Assembly: GCA_030065975.1 (NCBI GenBank)
Contig: JASJCN010000010.1
Coordinates: 1-63,196, forward strand
Direction of reading: 5' to 3'
Source: Myxococcota bacterium
GTDB lineage: Bacteria; Myxococcota_A; UBA9160; UBA6930
DNA: 63,196 nt
Numbering within the stretch: position 1 is the first letter of the stretch; each line of letters starts with the position of its first letter. Positions 53,497-62,639 of this stretch are shown here, in pieces. A program made the translations under genes and the position numbers. The notes beneath the pieces are model-generated. The model ran no database searches and had not been told where the DNA came from. It saw nothing but the letters and a program-made list of their open reading frames with translations.

Positions 53497-54828
53497 CTAC
53501 GCGCGGGCCGAGCGCCGGCTCCGCAAGAGCCAGCCCTGGACGCGCGACCGGAGCTGGCTCGACTTGATCGGCCCGCTCAGGAAGTCGTGTGCGCCGGCGG
53601 CGAAGGCGCGCTCGGACGTGGCCGCCCGGGTCGGCTCGTGGGCGAGCACCAGCACGGACGCGCACGGGAGGGCCTCGCGAAGGGAGCGGCAGGCATCGGC
53701 CGCCGCCGGCTCGGAGCCGCGGCCGTCGAGCAGCACCAGGTCGGGCGGGGCGGCTCCGCCGCGCGTCGCCTCCTCCTCTCCGTGGGCGACCCGCAAGCGG
53801 ATGCCCTCGGGCTCGAGGGCCTCGGCCACGAGGTCGGCCGTCTCGCGATCGGCGTCGACCAGCAGGACGCACGGCGTCCGGGCCGACGCGTCGCCCGGGG
53901 GAGAGAGGCGCGCGTCGGGGGCCGTCGGCTGGTGTTGCGAGCCGGATCCTCGCAGCTCGAGCTCGCGGCCTTCGGCGGCGGCGAAGACGTCGAGGTCCGA
54001 GCCGACCCGGTCGACGCGCTTCCGGGCCCGCTCCTCGAGCTCGCGGATCGCGTCGTCGTTGCGGGTCGGGTCGTGGGAGAAGAGCGCGAGCCGGCGCGCA
54101 CCGGCGGCGAGCCCGTAGTCGACGGCCTGCTCCACCGGCGTGTGGCCCCAGCCGGCCTTCTCGGGGAACTCGGCCAGGGTGTACTGGGCATCGTGCACCA
54201 CGAGGTCGGCGTCGCGTAGGAATGCCACGTGACGCCGATCCTCGGCGTGGGCGGGCGCACTCCCCGGCGCGACGTCCGGGTCGAAGGCGGCGTGCGGCTC
54301 GTGGTCGGCGGCGTACACGAAGACGGCGCCGTCCACCTCGAGCCGATAGCCGAGGGTGAGCGCCGTGTGCTTCAGCAGCTGGGTCGTCACGCGGATGCTC
54401 CCGAGCTGGAGCGAGCCCTCCTGCAGATCCTCGAAACGCGGCGAGCTGGCGAGGCTCTGCAGCACCACGGGATGGTGTTCGTACGACATCTGCCCCGACA
54501 GCGAACGCTCGGTCTGATGGCGACGAGCGCCCGGAGCGCGGACGGTCCAGTGCTGGCCGGGCTCGAAGAGCGGGCTGAAGAAGGGGAAGCCCTGGATGTG
54601 ATCCCAGTGGGTGTGGCTCACCAGCAGGTGGGAGCGCGCCTCGGGTCCCGATTCCGGGGCCGAGCCCAGGGCCGCGGCCAGGGCGTGGGCGCCGGTGCCG
54701 CAGTCGATCACGACGCGAGTGCCGTCGTCGGCCACCACCTCGAGACACGAGGTGTTGCCGCCATAACGCACCGTCTCCGGTCCGGGCTTCGGAATCGAGC
54801 CGCGCGTACCCCAGAATCGAACCCGCAA
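53497..54828 (-). CDS. MBL-fold metallohydrolase with C-terminal receiver-like domain
   Basis: FWGTRGSIP, YGGNTSC, SHTHWDHIQG, WGHT and SHDP motifs; C-terminal VLLVDAD..VLLD. Confidence 0.87.
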   Translation of the reverse strand: MRVRFWGTRGSIPKPGPETVRYGGNTSCLEVVADDGTRVVIDCGTGAHALAAALGSAPESGPEARSHLLVSHTHWDHIQGFPFFSPLFEPGQHWTVRAPGARRHQTERSLSGQMSYEHHPVVLQSLASSPRFEDLQEGSLQLGSIRVTTQLLKHTALTLGYRLEVDGAVFVYAADHEPHAAFDPDVAPGSAPAHAEDRRHVAFLRDADLVVHDAQYTLAEFPEKAGWGHTPVEQAVDYGLAAGARRLALFSHDPTRNDDAIRELEERARKRVDRVGSDLDVFAAAEGRELELRGSGSQHQPTAPDARLSPPGDASARTPCVLLVDADRETADLVAEALEPEGIRLRVAHGEEEATRGGAAPPDLVLLDGRGSEPAAADACRSLREALPCASVLVLAHEPTRAATSERAFAAGAHDFLSGPIKSSQLRSRVQGWLLRSRRSARA

Positions 54829-54854
54829 GGACTGCTCCCGCGCCCCCCCAAAAC

Positions 54855-54884
54855 GGCGCTGACCGGCGCTGACTGGCGCTGACT
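54855..54884. repeat. 10-bp direct repeat x3 (GGCGCTGACY)
   Basis: Exact tandem copies upstream of the MBL gene. Confidence 0.8.
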
Positions 54885-55045
54885 CCTATGGGATCGCCTC
54901 CCCCGGCCGGCAGGATGTGAGGAGCCTCACACTCCGGGTCGATCGGCAGAAAAACGGCTCCCGCGCGCAACTCGGGCTCTTCCCTGCGCGTAGCGGGCCA
55001 CATCGGTGCGTGAATCGACACTCACTCTGGAGGCTTCTCGTCCGC

Positions 55046-55077
55046 CATGACGCGACGCGTCTGGGTCATGACGCGAC
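55046..55077 (+). promoter_or_regulatory. Direct repeat CATGACGCGAC x2 at 21-bp period (putative regulator site)
   Basis: Two exact 11-mers about two helical turns apart, upstream of the di-heme protein gene. Confidence 0.45.
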
Positions 55078-55176
55078 TTGCCTTACCGTGTGGACGGTTA
55101 CGTTCCGTGGTAGTTTGCCCGAGGCTCTCCCGACCGATCGTCCGATCGGCGCGGCCAGACCAGAAGGAGCTCTCCT

Positions 55177-58100
55177 TTGCCCGGCTTCCCGACCCTCCCG
55201 GTGCGCGCCCTGTTCTTCGCGCTGCTGATCTCGGCCTCTGCCCAGGCCCAGACGCCCTCGTTCATCACGTTCGAGACGGGGCCCGTCCGCCCCATCGGCG
55301 TCTCCGAGGACGGCAATCGCGTCTTCGTCGTGAACACGCCCGACGCCCGACTCGAGGTGTTCGCCGCCGATGCCGTGGGGCTGACCCACACCGCCTCGAT
55401 CCCCGTCGGCCTCGAGCCCGACGCGCTCGCGGTGCGCGGAAACGACGAAGTGTGGGTCGTGAACCACCTGTCGGACTCGGTGAGCATCGTCGACGTGACC
55501 CTGGGCCGGGTGAAGAAGACCCTGCTCGTGGGCGACGAGCCCCGCGACATCGTCTTCGCGAACGACCGCGCCTTCATCACCACCGCCCACCGCGGACAGC
55601 ACCGCACCGACGCCTCGGTCGCCGGGGTCCCCGGTGTCGGCGATCCGCAGCTCACGACGCCCGGCGTCGGTCGCGCCGACGTCTGGGTCTTCGACGCGGA
55701 CGCGCCCGGCGACTCCCTGGGCGGCGATCCCGTAGCGGTCCTGACCCTCTTCGCCGACACACCCCGAGCCCTGGCCGTGAGCCCCGACGGCGGAACCGTC
55801 TACGCCGCGGCCTTCCACAGCGGCAACCAGACGACCGTGATCTCCGAGGGGCTCGTCTGCAACGGCTTCGACCCCGCGACCCCCTGCCAGATCGGGCCGA
55901 CCCCGGTGCCCGGCGGCAACCCCGGCCCGGCGACCAACCACGAGGGCGTCCCCGCTCCCGAGGTCGGCATCATCGTCCGGCTGAACCCCGCCACCGGCAA
56001 GTGGGAGGACGAGCTCGGCCGCGACTGGAGCGCCGCCGTTCGCTTCGACCTCCCGGACAAGGACGTCTTCGCCATCGATGCGGAGACCCTGCAGACCACC
56101 GAGGAGATCTCCGGCGTCGGCACCATCCTCTTCAACATGGTGGCCAACCCGCGCACCGGCGCGATCTACGTGTCCAACACCGAGGCGCGCAACGAGGTGC
56201 GCTTCGAGGGCCCGGGCGAGTTCTTCGACTCGACGGTCCAGGGCCGCCTGCACGAGTCGCGCATCACGGTGATCAAGGACGGCCAGGTCCTGCCCCGGCA
56301 TCTGAACAAGCACATCGACTACGACGTGCGCCCGGCGCCCCCGGGCACGAAGGACCACAGCCTCGCCACGCCCCTCGACATGGTGATCGACAAGGGCGGA
56401 CGCTTCCTCTACGTGGCCGCGTTCGGCTCGTCCAAGATCGGCGTCTACCGCACCAGCCGCCTCGAGAACGACAGCTTCGATCCCGAGACGGCCAGCGCCC
56501 GGCACATCGACGTCTCCGGTGGCGGCCCGAGCGGCCTGGTGATCGACGATGCCCGCCGGCGCCTCTACGTGGCGACGCGCTTCGACAACGGCGTCTCCGT
56601 GGTGGACCTGCGCAGCCTGCGCGAGGTCGACCACGTGTCCCTCCACAACCCGGAGCCCGACTCCGTGGTCGCGGGCCGCCCCGTCCTCTACGACGCCTTC
56701 AACACCTCGAGCAACGGCGAGGCCTCGTGCTCCTCGTGCCACGTGTTCGGCGACCTCGACTCCCTGGCCTGGGATCTCGGCGACCCGGACGGCGGCGTGG
56801 GCCGGAACCCGATGGTCGTGAACCTGGACACCGCCGTCTTCCTGGCCCGCGATCTCTTCGACGCCGACTTCTTCAGCGGGCTGAACGGCGAGGGCAACCT
56901 CGACGACTTCAGCCCGATGAAGGGGCCGATGACGACCCAGACCTTCCGCGGAATGGTCAACTCGGGCCACATGCACTGGCGGGGCGACCGCGCCGACGGC
57001 TTCTTCGGCTTCGACGCCGGCAACACCAACGACTCGGAGCTCTCCTTCAAGAACTTCATCGTGGCGTTCCCGGGCCTGCTCGGCTCCGAGCGCAGCGTGA
57101 ACGATGCGGATCTGCAGCAGGACATGCAGGCATTCACGGACTTCACCCTCCAGATCGCCCTGCCGCCGAACCCGATCCGGAACCTCGACAACTCCGACAC
57201 GCCGGCCCAGGCCCGCGGACGCGACTTCTTCTTCGGCGGCCCGGACGGCACCCAGCTCTCGGACGGCCTCCCGCTGATCCCCGGGGCCACGGGCTTCACC
57301 TGCAACGGCTGCCACGACCTCGATCCGTCGAAGGGCTTCTTCGGGACGGGTGGCGACTCGAGCTTCGAGTTCGAGGAGCAGACCATGAAGGTCCCGCACA
57401 TGCGCAACCTCTATCAGAAGGTCGGCATGTTCGGGATGGCGCCCGTGCCCAACTTCTTCCTCTTCGGTGACAACGGCCACCAGGGCGACCAGATCCGCGG
57501 CTTCGGCTTCCTGCACGACGGCAGCTCGGACACCCTGTTCCGCTTCTTCCGCTCGATCGTGTTCGATCCGGACACCTTCAGCATCCCGGAGTTCGGCATC
57601 GTGGGTGGCGGCTTCACCGGCGGCAACCCGCAGCGGCGCGACATGGAGGCCTTCGCCCTGGCGTTCCCCTCGGATCTGGCACCCATCGTGGGCCAGCAGG
57701 TCACCCTGACCGCGACCTCCGGGGCCGACGTCGACGCCCGCGTCCAGCTCCTGATGGAGCGCGCCGAGGCGCCCTTCACCTCGAAGTTCCTGGGCGGGGA
57801 CGTGACCGAGTGCGACCTGATCGCCAAGACCAGCCTCCTCGGCGCCCCGCGCGGCTACTTCTATACCGGGGCCGGCACGTTCCTGGCCGACGACGGCAGC
57901 ACGCTCTCCGACGCGGAGCTGCGCGCGATCGCCGACACCAACGACGTGACCTACACCTGCATGCCGCCCGGATCGGGCATGCGCGCCGGGGTGGACCGGG
58001 ACGAGGACGACGTGCTCGACGGCCTCGACAACTGCCCGGCCGTGGCCAACGCCGGCCAGGCCGACGGCGACGTCGACGGCCTGGGCGACGCGTGCGATGA

Positions 58101-58221
58101 CGCCAACGCCCTCGTGCTCGTGGCCAGCAGCGGCACGGGCGCTTGCGGTCTGGGCTTCGAGGCCGTGCTTCCGCTGGCCGCAGCCTTCTGGATGCGCCGC
58201 CGCCGGACGCTTCGCGCCTAA
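55177..58221 (+). CDS. Secreted YncE/YVTN beta-propeller plus di-heme cytochrome c peroxidase-like protein, with TSP3-like repeats and a C-terminal sorting signal
   Basis: AAGGAG RBS, signal peptide, propeller blades, CSSCH and CNGCH, HWRGDR, KVPHMRNLYQK, DNCP..N..Q.D.D.DG.GDACD, and ACGLGFE-TM-RRRR. Confidence 0.85.
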   Translation: MPGFPTLPVRALFFALLISASAQAQTPSFITFETGPVRPIGVSEDGNRVFVVNTPDARLEVFAADAVGLTHTASIPVGLEPDALAVRGNDEVWVVNHLSDSVSIVDVTLGRVKKTLLVGDEPRDIVFANDRAFITTAHRGQHRTDASVAGVPGVGDPQLTTPGVGRADVWVFDADAPGDSLGGDPVAVLTLFADTPRALAVSPDGGTVYAAAFHSGNQTTVISEGLVCNGFDPATPCQIGPTPVPGGNPGPATNHEGVPAPEVGIIVRLNPATGKWEDELGRDWSAAVRFDLPDKDVFAIDAETLQTTEEISGVGTILFNMVANPRTGAIYVSNTEARNEVRFEGPGEFFDSTVQGRLHESRITVIKDGQVLPRHLNKHIDYDVRPAPPGTKDHSLATPLDMVIDKGGRFLYVAAFGSSKIGVYRTSRLENDSFDPETASARHIDVSGGGPSGLVIDDARRRLYVATRFDNGVSVVDLRSLREVDHVSLHNPEPDSVVAGRPVLYDAFNTSSNGEASCSSCHVFGDLDSLAWDLGDPDGGVGRNPMVVNLDTAVFLARDLFDADFFSGLNGEGNLDDFSPMKGPMTTQTFRGMVNSGHMHWRGDRADGFFGFDAGNTNDSELSFKNFIVAFPGLLGSERSVNDADLQQDMQAFTDFTLQIALPPNPIRNLDNSDTPAQARGRDFFFGGPDGTQLSDGLPLIPGATGFTCNGCHDLDPSKGFFGTGGDSSFEFEEQTMKVPHMRNLYQKVGMFGMAPVPNFFLFGDNGHQGDQIRGFGFLHDGSSDTLFRFFRSIVFDPDTFSIPEFGIVGGGFTGGNPQRRDMEAFALAFPSDLAPIVGQQVTLTATSGADVDARVQLLMERAEAPFTSKFLGGDVTECDLIAKTSLLGAPRGYFYTGAGTFLADDGSTLSDAELRAIADTNDVTYTCMPPGSGMRAGVDRDEDDVLDGLDNCPAVANAGQADGDVDGLGDACDDANALVLVASSGTGACGLGFEAVLPLAAAFWMRRRRTLRA

Positions 58222-58244
58222 CGCTCGCCGACCCGACGAAACAG

Positions 58245-58274
58245 GGCGGGCGGGCCCATGCGGCCCCGCCCGCC
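58245..58274. terminator. Hairpin between convergent genes
   Basis: GGCGGGCGGG...CCCGCCCGCC 10-bp stem. Confidence 0.55.
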
Positions 58275-58294
58275 ATTCGCTCTGTCGTTCGCCG

Positions 58295-58879
58295 CTACTC
58301 GCTCGGCGGGGGCGGAGCCGCGGAGCCGGCTCGCGGGAACGCCAGCTCGTCGAGCTTGTCGGCGATGTCCTGGCCCGCCGTCGAGACGTCGACGGCCTTG
58401 TCCACGTGGCGGACGATGCCGTCGGAGTCGACGTAGAAGGTCCATCGCTTCGCGAAGAAGCCGCCGAATCCCGCGACGCCGTAGGCCTTGGCGGCCTCGG
58501 CCTCGGGGTCGGAGAGGAGCACGTGCTTGGCTTCCAGGGACTCGGCGAAGTCGCGGTTCTTTTCGACGTCGTCGAGGCTCACCATGTAGACGGCGACGTC
58601 GAAGGCCTGAAGGGCTTCGGCGCTGTCACGCAGCGCCTCGAGCTCCTGCGTTCAGCCAGGCGTGAAGGCCTTGGGGAACCAGGCCAGCACCACGCCCCGC
58701 TTGCCCAGGTGGTCGGAGAGGGCGTGGGTGCGGCCGTCCGAGCCGGCCAGTGAGAAGGCGGGCGCCTTGTCGCCCACCTCGGGCGCTGCCTGCGCGCCGA
58801 GGGGCACGGCGAGGAGCAGCGCGGCCAGGGATCCGCCCAGGAATCCGGCCAGGGCCGGCAAGCGTCGTGTGCGCGTCAT
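58295..58879 (-). CDS. BCP/PrxQ peroxiredoxin selenoprotein with signal peptide (U76), 194 aa
   Basis: WFPKAFTPG-TGA(58652-54)-TQE joins two in-frame ORFs; LLSD and AKRWTF (conserved Arg) follow; SECIS-like hairpin downstream. Confidence 0.9.
58619..58637 (-). promoter_or_regulatory. Candidate bacterial SECIS
   Basis: GGCGCUG-CGUGA-CAGCGCC, a 7-bp stem starting at +15 after the UGA. Confidence 0.65.
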
Positions 58880-58910
58880 GGCTCTAGGCTAGCCCCGGCG
58901 CCGACCGGGG

Positions 58911-59654
58911 CTACTCGACGGCCGCCGGGCCCTTGTTTCCGATGTTGGCCGCGATCAGCGTCCGGGTCCGGTCCGCCAGCGACTCCGGCGTTTCGTCCTG
59001 GAAGGACGCGTAGGGCATCGGCTCGAGCACGGTGATGGTCACGGGGTGTCGGCCGCGCAGCACGAGCCCCTTCTTGGGCAGCGCGTGGGAGGTGCCCTCC
59101 ACGACGACGGGCAGGATCGGCGCCTTGGCCTCCAGAGCGACCTGGAAGGCGCCGGGCTTGAAGGGGCGCATCTCGCCCGTGTCCGAGCGGGTGCCCTCCG
59201 GGAACATGAAGATCGAGCTGCCTGCGGCGATCGCCTCGCGACACAGGCCGAGCATCTCGATCACGCTCTCGCGGTCGCCGCGCTTGAGCGGGATGTAGCG
59301 GTTCAGGCGCATGTTCCAGCCGATGAAGGGGATCGAGAAGTTCTCGATCTTCGAGACCCACTTGAAGTGGATGAAGAGCCGGAAGAGCACCACGATGTCG
59401 AGCATCGACAGGTGGTTGGCCACGATCACGTAGGCCTCGTTCGGGTCGACGCGCTCCCGCCCCACGACGCGCGTCGGCCACACGGGGCTGCCCCAGCTGA
59501 AGATGGCGGCCCAGAAGCACGTGAAGCGATGCAGCAGCCACAGCCGCCGGTCGAAGGGCCCGGTCACCAGCCGGATCACCGCGGCGATCGGGTAGAAGAG
59601 CACCGACACGCCGATGATGAGGGTCCAGATCATGCCCGACACGATCACGTTCAT
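58911..59654 (-). CDS. plsC: Lysophospholipid acyltransferase (PlsC family)
   Basis: NHLSMLD, FPEGTRS and PFKPGAF motifs. Confidence 0.88.
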   Translation of the reverse strand: MNVIVSGMIWTLIIGVSVLFYPIAAVIRLVTGPFDRRLWLLHRFTCFWAAIFSWGSPVWPTRVVGRERVDPNEAYVIVANHLSMLDIVVLFRLFIHFKWVSKIENFSIPFIGWNMRLNRYIPLKRGDRESVIEMLGLCREAIAAGSSIFMFPEGTRSDTGEMRPFKPGAFQVALEAKAPILPVVVEGTSHALPKKGLVLRGRHPVTITVLEPMPYASFQDETPESLADRTRTLIAANIGNKGPAAVE

Positions 59655-59758
59655 GCGCCGGGATTGTAGGCGACCGCGCCGCCGGGGGAGAGCCTCGGGC
59701 CGGGGACGATTCCGAGCCGCGGAGGGGACGGATCGGCCGGGCGGGATACACTTCCCCC

Positions 59759-60190
59759 ATGCACAACGTGATCGTCCTCGCCGCCGTCTCCGTCTTCTTC
59801 CTGCTCTCCTCGCCGGTTCTCGGGCAGGGCCTCGAGCCGATCCCGGCACCGGAGGGCGCCCGCGTCTACGTGATCGCGCCGACCGACGGCGCGACCGTCA
59901 AGAGCCCGGTCACCGTGCGCTTCGGCCTCGAGGGAATGGGCGTGGCGCCCGCGGGCGTCGACCACCCGAAGACGGGGCATCACCACCTGCTGATCGACGT
60001 GCCGCTTCCGCCCGCCGGCCTGCCGGTTCCAGCGGACGCGAACCACATCCACTTCGGCGGCGGACAGACGGAGACCACGGTGGAGCTCGCGCCGGGCAAG
60101 CACACCCTGCAGCTGATCCTCGGTGACTTCCGCCACGTTCCCCACGAGCCGCCGGTGGTGTCCGAGGTGGTGACGATCACCGTCGAGTAG
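59759..60190 (+). CDS. DUF4399 family secreted protein
   Basis: GMGVAPAG, TGHHHLLID, IHFGGGQTE and LAPGKHTLQL motifs. Confidence 0.88.
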   Translation: MHNVIVLAAVSVFFLLSSPVLGQGLEPIPAPEGARVYVIAPTDGATVKSPVTVRFGLEGMGVAPAGVDHPKTGHHHLLIDVPLPPAGLPVPADANHIHFGGGQTETTVELAPGKHTLQLILGDFRHVPHEPPVVSEVVTITVE

Positions 60191-60205
60191 AGGGGCCGCA
60201 GCGCT

Positions 60206-60694
60206 CTAGCGAGCGTCTCCCAGCTCTGCATTCATCGTCGGCTCTTCGAGCCAGGTGGCGATGTCCTGGCCGATCGCGCGGGTCGTGCGCCCGATGATGC
60301 TGCAGGTCCCCTTGAAGGTCGCGAAGGCGCCGCCGGTCGAGAAGCGCTTCGCCCGGAAGCTGCCGAGCTTCTTGCCGTTCTCGCTCAGCGTGCCCGTCAC
60401 CTCGAGCCACTTGGGGCCGGAGAAGGCGCCGCCGCCGGGTGCGTGAACCTCGGTGATCGCCATCTCGATCTTGCGGCCCTTGCCGAGGCCGTCGACCAGC
60501 TTGACCTGGGAGGAATACTCGGCGAGGAAGCTCGGGACCTTCGTCTGGAGCTCGCACTCCTCGCGGACGGCCTTGGGCACGGCGGACTTGAACGGGATCT
60601 CCCGCAGCACCTGGACCGAGCCCTCGGCACCGGCCGTCGCTCCCGGGAGGAGCAGGCCGAGGAGCGCGAGAAGGGGGAGCGCGGAGCGAAGCAT
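60206..60694 (-). CDS. Hypothetical secreted protein
   Basis: Signal peptide, GGAFSGPK, two Cys; GGAGG RBS. Confidence 0.72.
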   Translation of the reverse strand: MLRSALPLLALLGLLLPGATAGAEGSVQVLREIPFKSAVPKAVREECELQTKVPSFLAEYSSQVKLVDGLGKGRKIEMAITEVHAPGGGAFSGPKWLEVTGTLSENGKKLGSFRAKRFSTGGAFATFKGTCSIIGRTTRAIGQDIATWLEEPTMNAELGDAR

Positions 60695-60775
60695 GGGAGG
60701 TCCTCCTGGCGTCGCAGGACGCCGGTGCGAGCGAATCGGGAGCGCGCCGGATCGCGGACGATCGGCCGCGGGACT

Positions 60776-62464
60776 CTAGCGGACCAGCAGCTTGTAGCGG
60801 TGGCTCGCGAGCTCTCGTCCGCCGGCCATCACCCGGAGCTTCATGTCGTACTCGCCGGGCACGAGCTGGCTCTTGAGGTCGGCCACCCGGTGCTTGCTCT
60901 GGTAGCGGCCGTTCCCGCGCTCGGTCGACGACACGGTCGTCTTCATGACCAGCCGCCCGTTCTCACGGGCCTCGAGGACCTCGTCGATGCGCACGGGCTT
61001 CGACGTCCGCAGGTCGACGGCCATGTTGTAGCCCGCCGGCCGGTTGAGCCGGCCGAGGCGCATCGAGCGGTGCACGTCGATCTTGACGATCTTCGCCCGC
61101 ACCGAGGGCCTGGGCGCCGCAGCAGTCTTCGGAGGCGGAGCGGGCTTCTCGACGGTCGCCGAGGGGGTCGGCGGCGCGATCGCGGTCTGCGAGCCCGCCG
61201 GAGGCGAACCCGTGGGAGGCGAGCCGGTCGTCTGCGGCGGGGCCGCCGCGGCCGTCTGCTGGGAGGCATCCGGCGTCTGGGTCGCCCCGGCTGCCGCCGT
61301 ACCGACTGTCGCCGTGCCTGCCGCCGTGCCGGTTGCGGCACCGATCGCCGTGCCCGGGGGCTGGCTGGCTCCGCCACCTGCCGTCGGACCCGCGACCGCG
61401 GTCGGCGGACCGGGTACGGGCGGCTGCGTCTGGGCAACGGTCGGCGGTGCGACCGGCGGGCCCGCCGGATCGGCCTCACCCCGCGGCCAGAGCAGGATCG
61501 CGGCGAGGATCACCGCCAGCAGACCGGCGGTGGCGGCCGCGTAGTGGACCGGCGTGAGCTCCTCGAGGGCACCGCGGATGCGGTCGCCCCACTCGGCGCT
61601 GGCCGGCCGCTTGCGAACGACGGTGGCGGCCGCCGCGGCGGAGACCGCGGGGGCGGTCCCGGTCGGGTGCCCCAGGGCCTGGGCGAACTCCTCGGCCGTG
61701 GCGAAGCGCTCCGAGGTGTCCTTGGCGAGGGCGCGGTAGATGGCGTCCTGGACCGGCTGGGGCACGTCCGGCTTGAAGGTCGTGATGTCCCGCGGCTGCT
61801 CTTCCAGGTGGGCCCGCATGGCCTCGAAGTCCGACTGGGCCTCGAAGGGGAGCTTCCCGGTGAGCATCTCGTAGAAGACGATGCCGAGGGAGTAGAGGTC
61901 CGTGCGCGGGTCGACGTCGTGGCCGCGCACCTGCTCGGGAGCCATGTAGGCCGGGGTGCCGACCGCCATGCCGGTCTTGGTCATGCGCGCCGAGCCCACG
62001 AGGTGGGCGATGCCGAAGTCGAGGACCTTCACGAGTCCGCGCTCTCCGATCATCAGGTTGGACGGCTTCAGATCGCGGTGGACGACGCCCTGTTGGTGGG
62101 CGTAGCCGATTCCGGCGAGCGCCTGCCCGAAGAGCGGAACCGCCTCGTCCACGGCGAGGCCCTTGCCGCGCATGATGTCGCCGAAGTCCTCGCCGTCGAC
62201 GTACTCCATCACCAGGAAGAGCTGGTCCTCGCGCTCGAAGAAGCGGTAGACCGTCGCCACGTTCGGGTGATGGAGCTTCGCCAGCATGCGGGCCTCGGCG
62301 CGGAAGCGCGCCGCCAGCTCGTCGCGGCCGGAGAGCTCCCGGCGCATGCACTTGACCGCCACCTCGCGCTCGAGCTCGATGTCGACGGCCTTGTAGACCT
62401 CGCCCATGCCGCCGGCACCGAGCTGCTCGGTGATCCGGTAGTTCTCGATGACGGTGCCGATCAT
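60776..62464 (-). CDS. Hanks-type Ser/Thr protein kinase with TM helix, Pro/Thr/Ala-rich linker and small extracytoplasmic domain
   Basis: GAGGMG, VAVK, HRDLKPSN, DFG and GTPAYMAPE motifs. Confidence 0.92.
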   Translation of the reverse strand: MIGTVIENYRITEQLGAGGMGEVYKAVDIELEREVAVKCMRRELSGRDELAARFRAEARMLAKLHHPNVATVYRFFEREDQLFLVMEYVDGEDFGDIMRGKGLAVDEAVPLFGQALAGIGYAHQQGVVHRDLKPSNLMIGERGLVKVLDFGIAHLVGSARMTKTGMAVGTPAYMAPEQVRGHDVDPRTDLYSLGIVFYEMLTGKLPFEAQSDFEAMRAHLEEQPRDITTFKPDVPQPVQDAIYRALAKDTSERFATAEEFAQALGHPTGTAPAVSAAAAATVVRKRPASAEWGDRIRGALEELTPVHYAAATAGLLAVILAAILLWPRGEADPAGPPVAPPTVAQTQPPVPGPPTAVAGPTAGGGASQPPGTAIGAATGTAAGTATVGTAAAGATQTPDASQQTAAAAPPQTTGSPPTGSPPAGSQTAIAPPTPSATVEKPAPPPKTAAAPRPSVRAKIVKIDVHRSMRLGRLNRPAGYNMAVDLRTSKPVRIDEVLEARENGRLVMKTTVSSTERGNGRYQSKHRVADLKSQLVPGEYDMKLRVMAGGRELASHRYKLLVR

Positions 62465-62639
62465 GGACTGCGCTGCCTCGGATCCTCGTTGTCTGCGTGG
62501 GTTCTTGTCGGCGAACCGGCCTGGGGGAGAGAGTCCGGCTCCGCCGGAGGTACGCAAGCCCTCGGGGGGTGGATGGGGCTGGGCCCCATCGAGGCATCTG
62601 GATGACGCTCCGGTGTCCAAAGCTAGTATCGCCATCGAG

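Noticed and set aside
58295-58879. Pseudogene interpretation of the three TGA-interrupted genes
   Set aside because: Each TGA is at the catalytic Cys position, each has a downstream hairpin, and none shows other lesions.
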